A DNA stretch of 63,442 nucleotides, the filler included, from Babesia bigemina (taxonomy: Eukaryota): the NCBI RefSeq assembly GCF_000981445.1. It is 6 parts of 6 records of this genome, joined end to end, with 100 filler letters (N's around TTAATTAATTAA, not from the genome) between each part and the next. Parts side by side here need not be neighbours in the genome. Positions count along the whole stretch, not along the records: positions 52,436 to 58,386 come from NW_012237316.1; positions 58,487 to 61,286 come from NW_012237319.1; positions 61,387 to 63,442 come from NW_012237338.1; 3 more parts are not named here. The stretch is one strand, 5' to 3'. Of this stretch, positions 52,592 through 63,442 are shown piece after piece. A program made the translations under genes and the position numbers. The stretch's first letter is position 1. The number at the start of each line of letters is the position of its first letter. A model generated the notes under the pieces. It did not search any database, had not been told where the DNA came from, and saw only the letters and a program-made list of their open reading frames with translations.

Positions 52592-54717
52592 ATGTCTATG
52601 TTCCGGTACTCTCAGGGGTCTGGACTGATGGCCTGCAAATACCGAGTCCAGACGATAATATGCAGGGATGGGAGCATATACGGAGGATATACACCGCATA
52701 TCCAACACATTGGCAAGTTTGTCATTTGTGGCGCTGTACAAACGCGGTGTATTCATCATGGCTTCCAGTTTGATCGCATATCGCCGTATAAGCCAAACAA
52801 TACCATCCCATCAAATGAGCTTGATGATGTCAGCCGAATCTCTATCAAAACCCTCCCGTTCCCTCCCTTAATCAAAGACAAGCTCTTTCAGCTTATCAAG
52901 GCTGCGGGAAAGAAGAAGGACATCGATGCCTCGGGATCATACATCGCCAAAAGGCTGGCCGCCAGGAGGTGCGTGGAGGTCCCGCGGGTGCTGCCCTCGA
53001 GTACGTTGCCAGCTTTTATTGCGTTTCACCCACAAATCAGTACTGTTGGACTCGGACTCTGCGAATACGGAGTACTTTGAGGGGATAAAACAGCTTTCCG
53101 ACGAACCAGAGTTCTTCCACCTCAAAACGCTGTTCCAACAAAATAAACTAGGGGTGAATGAGCAGGCGCAAATCGAACTTGCCGAAGCGGAGGATGCTAG
53201 GCACAAAGTAAGTTTGCACGCCACATATCTCATCACCGTTGTAGAATTCGACCATACACTTCTCACCCAACATCGCAGTTGCGCATACGGCGCACACTTT
53301 GCTTGAGCACTACGCACAGTGTCTACGCATATTCAGGAGGTAGGTACCATCTCAACCATCATTAACACACGTGTACATATGAAGCTGAGAGCGCGGCAAT
53401 TAAGCCGACGCGAATTATGTTTTACATGCAGGAGCTGGGGCCTCGGTGGCGTAGGTTGTGACCGGCACGTAATGTTAACACGATCAGGGCGGCGCATACG
53501 ATATGGGATCTGAATACATTTGAAGACATACTGGTCGTTGAACCCTCAAGAAACCTCGCCAAAATATGCGAGTATCTCATACCAGGTAGGCCTTTTTTTC
53601 TGGTGAAAAGGCATTGCTCACAGGGTTCAAAAACATGCGCTTCCAAAGCGACGTGTATGAAAGCACCGACTTTTTTGATTGCGTCGTCATCCCATATAGT
53701 TTGACGGATATTCGAGGTTTTGAGGTAGATAAATTAGTGATGGCATCATAGCGCTTGTTCAGGCAAGAACACTGCTGGTCAAGAACCTGTGGAATAGGAT
53801 CAAAGTTGGAGGATATATGGTATGTATTGTTTTTACAACCAGTGAACAACGCATTTGTAGGTTATGGTTGAGGCTGGGACGCCAACAGGGTTCAGAATAC
53901 TCCACTCCATTCGTGAGGTGTTCATATCGCAACTGGAGAAGGGTCGCTTCCACTTTCTGGCTCCTGTGAGTCAGCAGATGCATTTTGCTTGCTTTAAAGT
54001 AATTCAGTGTCCACATGAGGGATTCTGCCCACTGGCATTGACGGGAAAGGACTGGTGCCACTTCTCCCAACGTATTTACAGAATTCCCCACTATTTATAC
54101 CAAAAGGTACATTCTATATCACACTTGCTAATTTTTACAGGGTTCAATCGCTAGATCCATAGACAATGAAAAGTATTCGTACTTGGTGGTTGGAAAATCT
54201 GCAGGACCACGGTAAGGCACCTACCAGCCTTCGAGATGGGGTGCAGGCAAAAATTGAGCAATGAGGCGGACGCCAAAAATGCTCAAGAAAAGTCATTCTT
54301 TTGGCCACGTATCGTCATGGTAAATTGACGATTCTGTTCCAAAAAATCATGTGTAGCCACCACTGAAGCTTGGTAGAAGAGTCATAATGGATTTATGTTC
54401 AGCTCCAAATAATTTCAAAAGGATAGTAAGTAATGGAATTACATAATAACGCACATGCAAAACACCAACCAATTATATTGTCAGGTTGTGCCAAAGAATA
54501 CACCAGAGAGCAGCGGATACAAGTAAACATTATGTCACCCTGTATAATGCGATTCAGATGCGCACGGGACGCCATGTGGGGGGACCTCTGGAGGTTCCCG
54601 CATCGGGACCAGCGGCCGATAGCTAGAGCATACATGCCAGACACGGTGAGGCAACGGCTTATTGGGAAGCCTAAAACGGGGTATAAGAATGATAGAGCAC
54701 ACAAGGGTAACGAGTAA
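52592..54717 (+). CDS. RSM22: Rsm22/METTL17-family mitochondrial small-subunit assembly factor (methyltransferase fold), many short GT-AG introns
   Basis: Manual splicing gives HAGAGASVAAAHTIW...ILVVEPS...FDCVVIPYSL...LVKNLWNRIKVGGYMVMVEAGTPTGF...FHFLAPCPHEGFCPL...DWCHFSQR...EKYSYLV...WPRIVMPPLK...MDLCS...GYKCARDAMWGDLW, the characteristic Rsm22 motif series. Start, end and the 53337-53425 junction are uncertain. Confidence 0.85.
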
Positions 54718-57700
54718 AGCCCACTTATTCAAAGTGGCCGCCAAATCAGCAATGTATCGTTTCAATAATCCATATAGTTGGCACTTATCGGGTATACACG
54801 TGCAACGTGTTTTGTGTGGTCTACGACGCTTTTGCCTCACCTTTAGATGTTTTTTTCCACACGTTCTGAAAGGAGCTCGTCTGTTATGTAGTGCGATTAA
54901 TAAAGGTTTATCTAAATTGTACGCAAATAGCAGTATGTCGTGCGTAACATAGAATAATAGATTCTATGGGTTTTTTGGTTTGATATCTTGTACTATAACG
55001 TAATTAAGTTGCCGTCGCTTGCTTTACGCCGGTGAGGTGGGAATCGAAACGGTAAACGCTGTAAAAAACTTATAGAAAACTAGATACATGCTTACCATTT
55101 CACACTTTTACAAATGATATTATTACATAGGTAAATCGTGCAACGTCATGAGCCTGTGCGGGTCCATGGCGTTCGCTGATATTGATGGAAGAGTGTATTG
55201 CAGGATATATATTTTGTCAACTCTGACAAACATAACTCCCAAGTGAAACGTGTGAAACCTGCTAAACAATGGCAAGGTATATTTGTAGCGTAATCGGTCT
55301 TATTGAGGCTTGCAGCCTATTTATATCGAGTAACCGTCGATGTATAGATCCTTTATGGTTGGCGCAATGTCTCTCGTAATAGATCTTTACATTAAGGTTT
55401 GAAGGCTGTGTTAGGTATTAAATGCGTATATCGTCACCGAAGTGTTACTGCACGCATCCAATATGGCACTATCAGGTGAATCTAAGTTTCGGCAGTGTAA
55501 ACCGATTTGCACATAGCATGACGCCATCTAGGTGTATGTGTATGCTGTGAATGTATAGTATATTATGTTACTATAAATGCCAGCACATTGGCGCTGGATG
55601 TGACATGACTACATGGGGAAGCAAGGTTGTCGGAGTTTGTGGCGGTATAATATGGCGGGTTATAACCACCAGAGGCAACTAAACAGCCCTTTTAAAAAGC
55701 GAATGGGGTGCCGTCATATCCAATATGTTAGGCCGATGAGCATTGCTATGAGGATAGAGACAACGTACACGAAAGCGTATGAGCATCCCACGCTATCTCC
55801 ATGACGACAAAGTCCACGTTACTTTAGTGTCAGAACATTCACAATCGTCGTCCAAATATCATCCTCTGTACCCTTTCCTACACAACGATGAACAACTTAA
55901 TGGAAGTCGAATATCCCACCCGCGTGAAGTCCCGGTGAAGTGACGAGACTCCACTAAAGAAATATCAAACACTAATGCAATACGTACGTGGCATCTCTGC
56001 CATGCTCATAGATCAGGGTCATAAGTAACCTGTTTACCTATTCACAAGGCGTCGTACATTTCACAGCATGTAGGGAGTTGCCGTAGATCAGGTAACGGAC
56101 ACTACTGCATCAACCGTCCATTCAACTGCAGACGTAGTGACGACAAAAGCGCGCTCTGTCAGATTTAATTCAGTAATACAGGCCCACCTCCACTCATGTA
56201 ATAGCAGCTCACTTTGGCATCTACTGTTGCACGACCATGTTAATACATAACCTCGTGTCGTAACATAATCAGTTATAAAAAACTAACTTCAGTGTCAAAT
56301 GCTATATGCATATATGGCTAAAACCAACGTTGCCGTAGTGTTTTTATAGGCAACTGTTCTTTGTATTATTTGACGTATGATATGAGACGATGTGAGACCT
56401 TCGCAGGTGTTAGTTCGATGTCTGCACGGCTATCACGCTGCTTCATAGCGTAAACCAATTACACATATCTGCCTTTCTATTCGCCACCTTTTTTATCGGC
56501 GTAAGTCTCTTATACACGGATGATTCCCAACTCAACCTACGTGACATGCACTATTTGAGCGTGACTTAAAACATATTTTATATACACTTCTACTCGCAAA
56601 TTTCGTTCATATCGTGCTCTTGTTTTTCGTTGGATATCGTAGGGTGAATTGCCGTGCTTCATGCAATTCTAAAATACATATATGCTACCTCATCCATTTG
56701 TCCAGCAAAAAACATTTTAAAATATGTATTCGCGCTGATCGGATTCAACCGACTTTGGGATTCCACCTGCCATCACAAAGTCACAGATGACAGGCTTAAC
56801 GTTGTAGTTAAGTTTATTATTGTACAAAACAGATACTATGTTTTATTGAACATTGCTTCAAGTATTGGTTCCGCCTTGCGGCGAGATCCGTACTCAGAAG
56901 TGAGAGGAATTAGAAGGTATTACGCTAACAGTGATTGTAAACCTTCAACTTATGTAAATGGCGAGTTGCCAGAAAATTTTGTATCTCTGAAATTGTCGAT
57001 ACAAGGGAAAGCCTCACACTGAAGAAGGTAATTGTTTACAGGGTTTAAGACTAATACCTTAAGCACTTTTTAAACGTCATAAACATAAGTATGCTCGCCT
57101 TAGCATATTACATGATCCCGAGTTCAATCGCTCAACTGAACCGTGGTTGTTGCTGCAGACCACATGATGGAAATGCTAAAGGAATTATTGATAGAAAATG
57201 GACAGCCTGTAACTGCGAACTTCTAAGAGCCAAACGAATTAGAACTAGATGGAAGCATACATCATTAAACGACAAACGCTATTTCGGAACGAATCTTCCC
57301 AACGTGTCAGAGCTTGATTCCTGCTGGAGCTCTTGTATTGGTAGGGGTGCGAATAGGACTACACATCGCTCCAACTCAACATAACCAAGCAAACATAACT
57401 AATTCTTGATCCCATCCTGTTTTGATAACATGCTTTAACCCAGTAACGCCGTCGGTATCTCAAGCATGCACACGGCGCTTGCAATACTTCGTACGCCGAC
57501 CAGAACGTTGCAAGACTGAAACAACAAATTCGGGTTATTAGTGGAACACCATATAAGTTCAACAACTTTGTGAGGCAAAGTGCTGTGTTAGACATCAAAT
57601 GTAACCGTGTGTGGTGGACCTGTGGTTGATCAGCTTACAATGCGTCAAAACAGACAATGGGAAGCATTATGGATTTTGCATATGCTCAGGCAGTAGAATC

Positions 57701-58386
57701 CATAAGAAACGTAATTACTCCATGTGTGCGTTACGGTCACTAGGGCATCGCAAATCACAAGTTCCATCACATTCCGAGTAGGTTGTCCATTGTTGTGCAG
57801 GGATGGTTGACGAGCAACGCATTTTAAGAACTCTGGCAGGTGGTTGGTCGTTGCTTTCGGAGACACTAAAATCGTATGGAGAGAGAGTTTGGCATATTCT
57901 AATTCTGAAGAGCTGCCCTTTGTGTAAGGTTGGTTCATATGGTAACGGTGATAGAACGAGCAAAACATGTGAACTCGGTTGTGTATATTTTGTCTCTCTC
58001 TTTCTTTCAATGATGATAGGTTTAATATATTACGTGGCAAAACACCCGATATTCTTTCTAAAAGGCATTTTTTGTTGCTTCTTCTGATCCAAGCCTGTAA
58101 TCGCATACCCCTATGAACTGCAAGAATCTCACGTAGCCATTCTGTACCACGCTACATCCAGCCCCAAGTTGTTAGCGTTTCTACGAATGATAATCGTTCG
58201 TGTAACACATGAACGGTAGGAGTTTTTTTGAGACACTCCGAAATAGTGACGCCCATGGTTGCCATACAGTTCGTGTTTTACTTTAATGACAGACGCAGTG
58301 CGTTTCACGAATTGACAGGCCGTTTATGATCTTGTACATACCTGTGATAGGTGTAAATGCTGCGGAAAGGCAGGTTCATCGCATTA

Positions 58387-58486
58387 NNNNNNNNNNNNNN
58401 NNNNNNNNNNNNNNNNNNNNNNNNNNNNNNTTAATTAATTAANNNNNNNNNNNNNNNNNNNNNNNNNNNNNNNNNNNNNNNNNNNN
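58387..58486. other. Artificial contig linker
   Basis: N44-TTAATTAATTAA-N44. Confidence 0.98.
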
Positions 58487-60803
58487 ACCCTGCCACAGCA
58501 ACGATTTCTTTTTCCACGTTCGTTTTAATTTGTTGCATCGCTGCCGTGACAACCTCTGCAGAGTGCAAGGACACTGCCTCAGCGATGGCGCCGAGGGCGG
58601 TGAAGAGAGATTTCGCTTCGTCTTGCGTTACTTCGCTACCCGACGGGAGCCCTTTCAGCTTACGAGTTACTGTATCAATAGCGGAAACATATGGCGATAA
58701 CTTGCTCTTTAAATCAAACTTCCTCGCGTCACTAAAATCAAGGCCGTCAATCTTGACATCTTGAATTTTCTGAAAACTGATGCTGACAGCACTGTTAAGT
58801 GAATTAACTTCGTTGAACAGGATCTGTCTATCAAAAAGGGTTTCTAAGCCACCTGAGTCAACAAACACGCCACGTTTGGCTAATCCCTCGCCAATTTTCT
58901 CCATAACTTTTTTTACCCATTGCATGACCTTTTTGTCCAGGTCGTCGAAATATTGAGTAAGCTTCTGAAATGGCTTCGATTTACCAATCGTTGTGAGCAG
59001 TGGCGCTCGGATTTTCGCGCCTCCATATGGATGTTCAATCTCATCAAAACCACCAAGTATTTCAAACTTAGACATGTCCTCATGCACTTTTGCGATGAAT
59101 TGCTCAAGCGTCACTTTTGTCGCTTGAAATTTATCAAAAAACGGTGTCACATATCCCACAATATTCTCAATCTGCCCGCGAATAGACTCCTCAATTTTCC
59201 ACAATCCCTCCTTCACATTCTTATCCAACGTCTCCCCTAATGCCATAACCGCCGCCTTTATCTTACCTTTCACTGTGAACAAATCCGTTTTAAGCGCATC
59301 ATTCATCGTTATCACCTGCTGAAGCGCCAATCTAACTTTCTCCTGAACTTTTCGTTTTGCCGCCTCTCCAGCCTTATAAAGCTCCTCCGCTTTCTTTCTC
59401 AACTCTGTCGCAGCGTTTTCGATCTGATTCCATCTTTTCTTATTTCCACCAGACTCATCCCACGCGACCTCATTTTTTACTGCTTCAACCTGTTTCTCCA
59501 TTACACCGTCGATAAACTTTTTCGCTTCTTTCATCCATCCCTCCAGCTCCACAACATAGCTAGTCAACAGTTTGCTAATACGGACGATTTCATTTTTAAT
59601 TTTCTGGACCGCATTTTTCAACTTATCAACCAACTCTGTCACGTTACAAGAAATTTGTTTTTTCACCTCCTTTCCGAGCTCTTGAAGCTTTTCACGTATT
59701 CTTTTCTCCATCTCCTTAAATTCGTTGTCTTCGTTCTTCTGCACTCTGCCAAGACGCTGACCTTCACGCTCCACATTGTCTCTGGCTTTATTAATTTGTT
59801 CGTTTGCTTCATGACCTAAATCTTTAATTTTATCTTTTAAATTAAATAAGTCTGTTCTAAATGTTTTGGCAAGTAGTTGACATTTTTTTACCATCTCAGT
59901 CACTTTGCTCTGGGAGGCAGTGATTTTGTCTGCATTAGGCTCTTCATCATTATCATTTTTTGTTGGATATGTTTCATTTACGCTTTTTAAAGCAGTTGTC
60001 ATTTCATCATCTAACTTTGTTATTTTGTCTTTAATCTCTTTGCTTCTTTCACTTACTAAATTATTATACTCCCGCACCCTCTGCGCCATCCGCTCAATGA
60101 CCTTAAAACCCTCACGCCCGGTGGATAATTTAGTTTTAAGCATTTCAAGTGCATTATTTAACTCTGTTTTTCCCACATTGTAAGGCTGTTTCTCGCTGAC
60201 ATCCTTAAGCACACCATACAAAAATCCCATCACCCCGTCACACAGCCTGTCCAGGTCGGAGTACACAATCCCAGAGCCGTCGTAGCCTTTGGATTCTGGA
60301 TTGAAGCCTAGGAAGGTTTCGAGGCCAGTGCAGAGATTTTCTAGAAGTTTTTTACATTCTTCTGAGTTATTTTTTTCAGTAAAAATGCTAAGCTGACTTT
60401 TAAGTTTTTCAAGTTGATTCTCACGCTCTTTAATGCCATCCAAGGCTTTTTTAGTAGCATCGTCATAAAGACGGGAGTGGGAAGATTGGCAGTCATCAAT
60501 GAATTTCTGATAGTACTTTTCATCATTATTTGAGTTATTTTGGGAGGACTTCAAATTTTTAACTTCATCAACTTTCTTCTGAAAATACTGGCAAGTGGAC
60601 TCATCTCCCTTATACTTAACAGGGCATTCAAGTTTATTTTTTTCGGCTTCAAGACTCTTTTTAGCCTTCTCAATAGCCTCCTCAATCAACTTTTTCAAAG
60701 CTTGAGACAACTGGTCAAGACCATCACCACCATCACCATTACCATACCTAACCTGGATCAACCAGTCGATGGAGTCAGTCAGAAGGGTAGTGAAGGGTGA
60801 CAA
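58487..60803 (-). CDS. ves1: VESA1/ves1-like cassette 6, 5' part only (3' cut by gap); no 5' ATG (first in-frame ATG at 60230)
   Basis: DSIDWLIQVRYGNGDGGDG N-terminus nearly identical to cassette 2; GIVYSDLDRLCDGVM. Confidence 0.82.
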
Positions 60804-60864
60804 GGCACAAGTTAGTATTGTGGTTTAAAGAGGTCATAGCGGTATTATGGCGAGGTATTTCTAG
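60804..60864 (-). other. Conserved cassette leader (short type)
   Basis: Matches 14789-14844; its ATG is out of frame and stops. Confidence 0.75.
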
Positions 60865-61286
60865 GGATGTAGAGTGGATAAGGGAGCGATGTAGAGTGGG
60901 TAAAGGGGCGATGTGGAGTGGGTTAGGGAGCGATGTAGAGTGGGTTAAGGAGCGATGGAGAGTGGAAAAAGGGGCGATGTAGAGTGGATAAGGAGCGATG
61001 TAGAGTGGATAAGGGGCGATGTAGAGTGGGTTAGGGAGCGATGTAGAGTGGGTAAAGGAGCGATGTGGAGTGGATAAAGGAGCGATGTAGATTGGGTAAA
61101 GGGGCGATGTAGAGTGGGTTAGGGAGCGATGTAGAGTGGGTTAAGGGGCGATGTAGAGTGGGTAAGGGGCGATGTGGAGTGGGTTAAGGAGCGATGTAGA
61201 GTGGGTAAAGGAGCGATGTAGAGTGGATTAAGGGGCGATGTAGAGTGGGTTAAGGGGCGATGTAGAGTGGGTTAAGGGGCGATGTG
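60865..61286. repeat. 22-bp G-rich array running into a gap
   Basis: Same unit as the other 22-bp arrays. Confidence 0.95.
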
Positions 61287-61386
61287 NNNNNNNNNNNNNN
61301 NNNNNNNNNNNNNNNNNNNNNNNNNNNNNNTTAATTAATTAANNNNNNNNNNNNNNNNNNNNNNNNNNNNNNNNNNNNNNNNNNNN
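61287..61386. other. Artificial contig linker
   Basis: N44-TTAATTAATTAA-N44. Confidence 0.98.
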
Positions 61387-63442
61387 AGTATCGTCTCATG
61401 ACGCCTGGTGCCACCGCCAGTGCCCATGACCCGCCTGCCTCAGAGCCCGTCCGCAGCGGTGTAGGCGTGGCGGCGGTGGCGGCAGGGTGACGGGTGTTGG
61501 GAGCCAGGCCATCACAGCCACATCAAAGTGCGTACGATACTACGTCTTATAGCTATTAGGTGCCGGTAGCGCATTGAGTTGTGGTATCTGCTACGCCCCG
61601 TATCCGCTGACACGGCGGCTGCGCGGCGCCGGGGGTCGTGGAGCGAGGCAGACAGACACGGCCTACAACACGCAGCACTGCGCCAAACCTGGTCCAATAT
61701 GTCATCCGCCAGCACTGCTTCACTGCCGTGCCCTAGCTGCCATCCGTCTGGTGCCTCGACTGCCAAGCCCCCAGTCCGGGCACCCCGCCCGCAGACCTCA
61801 CGCACCGGAGCCCGGCACAACGGGCGGATGTGGGCCAGGGTAGGGAAGCAAGGCAGGCACGTAACCACACCAATGTGGCACCGGCGCGACACTGGCGGGT
61901 TCTGGCGTGCCGTACAGCCGCAGCCGCAGTTGGCCGTGGCGGCTCCCCAGGCGTGCCGGCGGCGGTGGATGCCCGGGTAGCAGCTGGTCGAGTGCCAGCG
62001 AGTGTTATTTCAACGAGTGTGGTGCCAAACAGCTCCGATGACAGGTATCGTCGTCTCATGACGCCTGGTGCCACCGCCAGTGCCCGCGACCCGCCTGCCT
62101 CAGAGGCCGTTTGCCCAGCGGTGTAGGCGTAACGACGGTGGCGGCAGGGTGACGGGTGTTGGGAGCCAGGCCATCACGGCCACATAGAAGTGCGTACCAT
62201 ACTACATCAGTGCCTGCCTGGTGCCGGCAGCGCAATGAGTTGTGGTATCTGCTACTCTCCGTATCCGCTGACACGGCGGCTGCGCGGCGCCGGGGGTCGT
62301 GGAGCGAGGCAGTTAGACAAGGCCTACAACACGCAGCACTGCGCCAAACCTGGTCCAATCTGTCATCTGCCAGCACTGCTTCACTGCCGTGCCCTAGCTG
62401 CCATCCCTCCGGTGCCTCGACTGCCACGCCCCCAGTCCGGGCACCCCGCCCGCAGGCCTCACGCACCGGAGCCCGGCACAACGGGCGGATGTGGGCTGGG
62501 GCAGGGAGGCAACACAGGCACGTAACCACACCAATGTGGCACCAGCGCGACACTGGCGCCGTCTGGCGTGCCGTACAGCCGCAGCTGCAGTTGGCCGTGG
62601 CGGCTCCGCAGGCGTGCCGGCAGCGCCGCTCCCGGACTGCCCGGATGCGTGTCGGTGGATGGTACATATAGAGCAGCTATACCGCGACACCAGGTCACAT
62701 CGTGTGCTGCGCTGCGCCTGCCGCGGTCTGGCGATGTCACACCCAGCGACTCCACCCAGCGACTCCACCCGGCGCCACAGACCCTCCCCAGGCGTGTTGG
62801 CGGCAGTGGATGCCCGGGTAGCAGCTGGACGAGTGCCAGCAAGTGTTATTTCAGCAAGTGTGGTGCCAGGCAGCTCCGATGACAGTATCGTCTCATGACG
62901 CCTGGTGCCACCGCCAGTGCCCACGACCCGCCTGCCTCAGAGCCCGTCCGCAGCGGTGTAGGCGTGGCGGCGGTGGCGGCAGGGTGACGGGTGTTGGGAG
63001 CCAGGCCATCACAGCCACATCAAAGTGCGTACGATACTACGTCTTATAGCTATTAGGTGCCGGTAGCGCATTGAGTTGTGGTATCTGCTACGCCCCGTAT
63101 CCGCTGACACGGCGGCTGCGCGGCGCCGGGGGTCGTGGAGCGAGGCAGACAGACACGGCCTACAACACGCAGCACTGCGCCAAACCTGGTCCAATATGTC
63201 ATCCGCCAGCACTGCTTCACTGCCGTGCCCTAGCTGCCATCCGTCTGGTGCCTCGACTGCCACGCCCCCAGTCCGGGCACCCCGCCCGCAGGCCTCACGC
63301 ACCGGAGCCCGGCACAACGGGCGGATGTGGGCTGGGGCAGGGAGGCAACACAGGCACGTAACCACACCAATGTGGCACCAGCGCGACACTGGCGCCGTCT
63401 GGCGTGCCGTACAGCCGCAGCTGCAGTTGGCCGTGGCGGCTC
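61387..63442. repeat. GC-rich large tandem repeat; units start about 61387, 62047 and 62884 (about 660 bp, about 840 bp, partial)
   Basis: GTCTCATGACGCCTGGTGCCACCGCCAGTGCCC recurs three times; the ORF track shows duplicated ORFs 1497 bp apart. Confidence 0.9.

Noticed and set aside
54720..58386. Short ORFs, including a hydrophobic minus-strand stretch near 55720-55800 and 56654-57022
   Set aside because: No recognisable family or consistent exon chain; spliced genes may exist but cannot be supported by eye.
61512..63389. Many overlapping Arg/Ala-rich ORFs
   Set aside because: Expected in GC-rich repeat DNA; the frames are not preserved between units.

Overview
Eukaryotic piroplasm DNA, most likely Babesia sensu stricto (B. 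bigemina/B. ovata-type variant-antigen loci). The window is six contigs joined by artificial 100-bp N44-TTAATTAATTAA-N44 linkers, so adjacency across gaps is not real evidence. Contigs 1, 2 and 5 hold six long intron-free ves1/VESA1-type reading frames, five complete at the 3' end and one cut by a gap. None has a usable ATG at its 5' end. Each sits in the same module: a 22-bp G/C-skewed array, a fixed-junction leader (CTCGAATTACCTCGCC...), the ves ORF, a conserved ~120-bp tail, a 12-bp array, a 20-bp array, then the next 22-bp array. This looks like a repeat-delimited archive of silent, mosaic antigen cassettes. Contig 3 carries one ATG-initiated, repeat-free ves1 gene, a Cys-rich single-TM protein and two paralogues of another Babesia multigene family. 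Contig 4 carries a multi-intron Rsm22/METTL17-family gene that the ORF track fragments. Contig 6 is a GC-rich ~660/840-bp tandem repeat with a recombinant unit.
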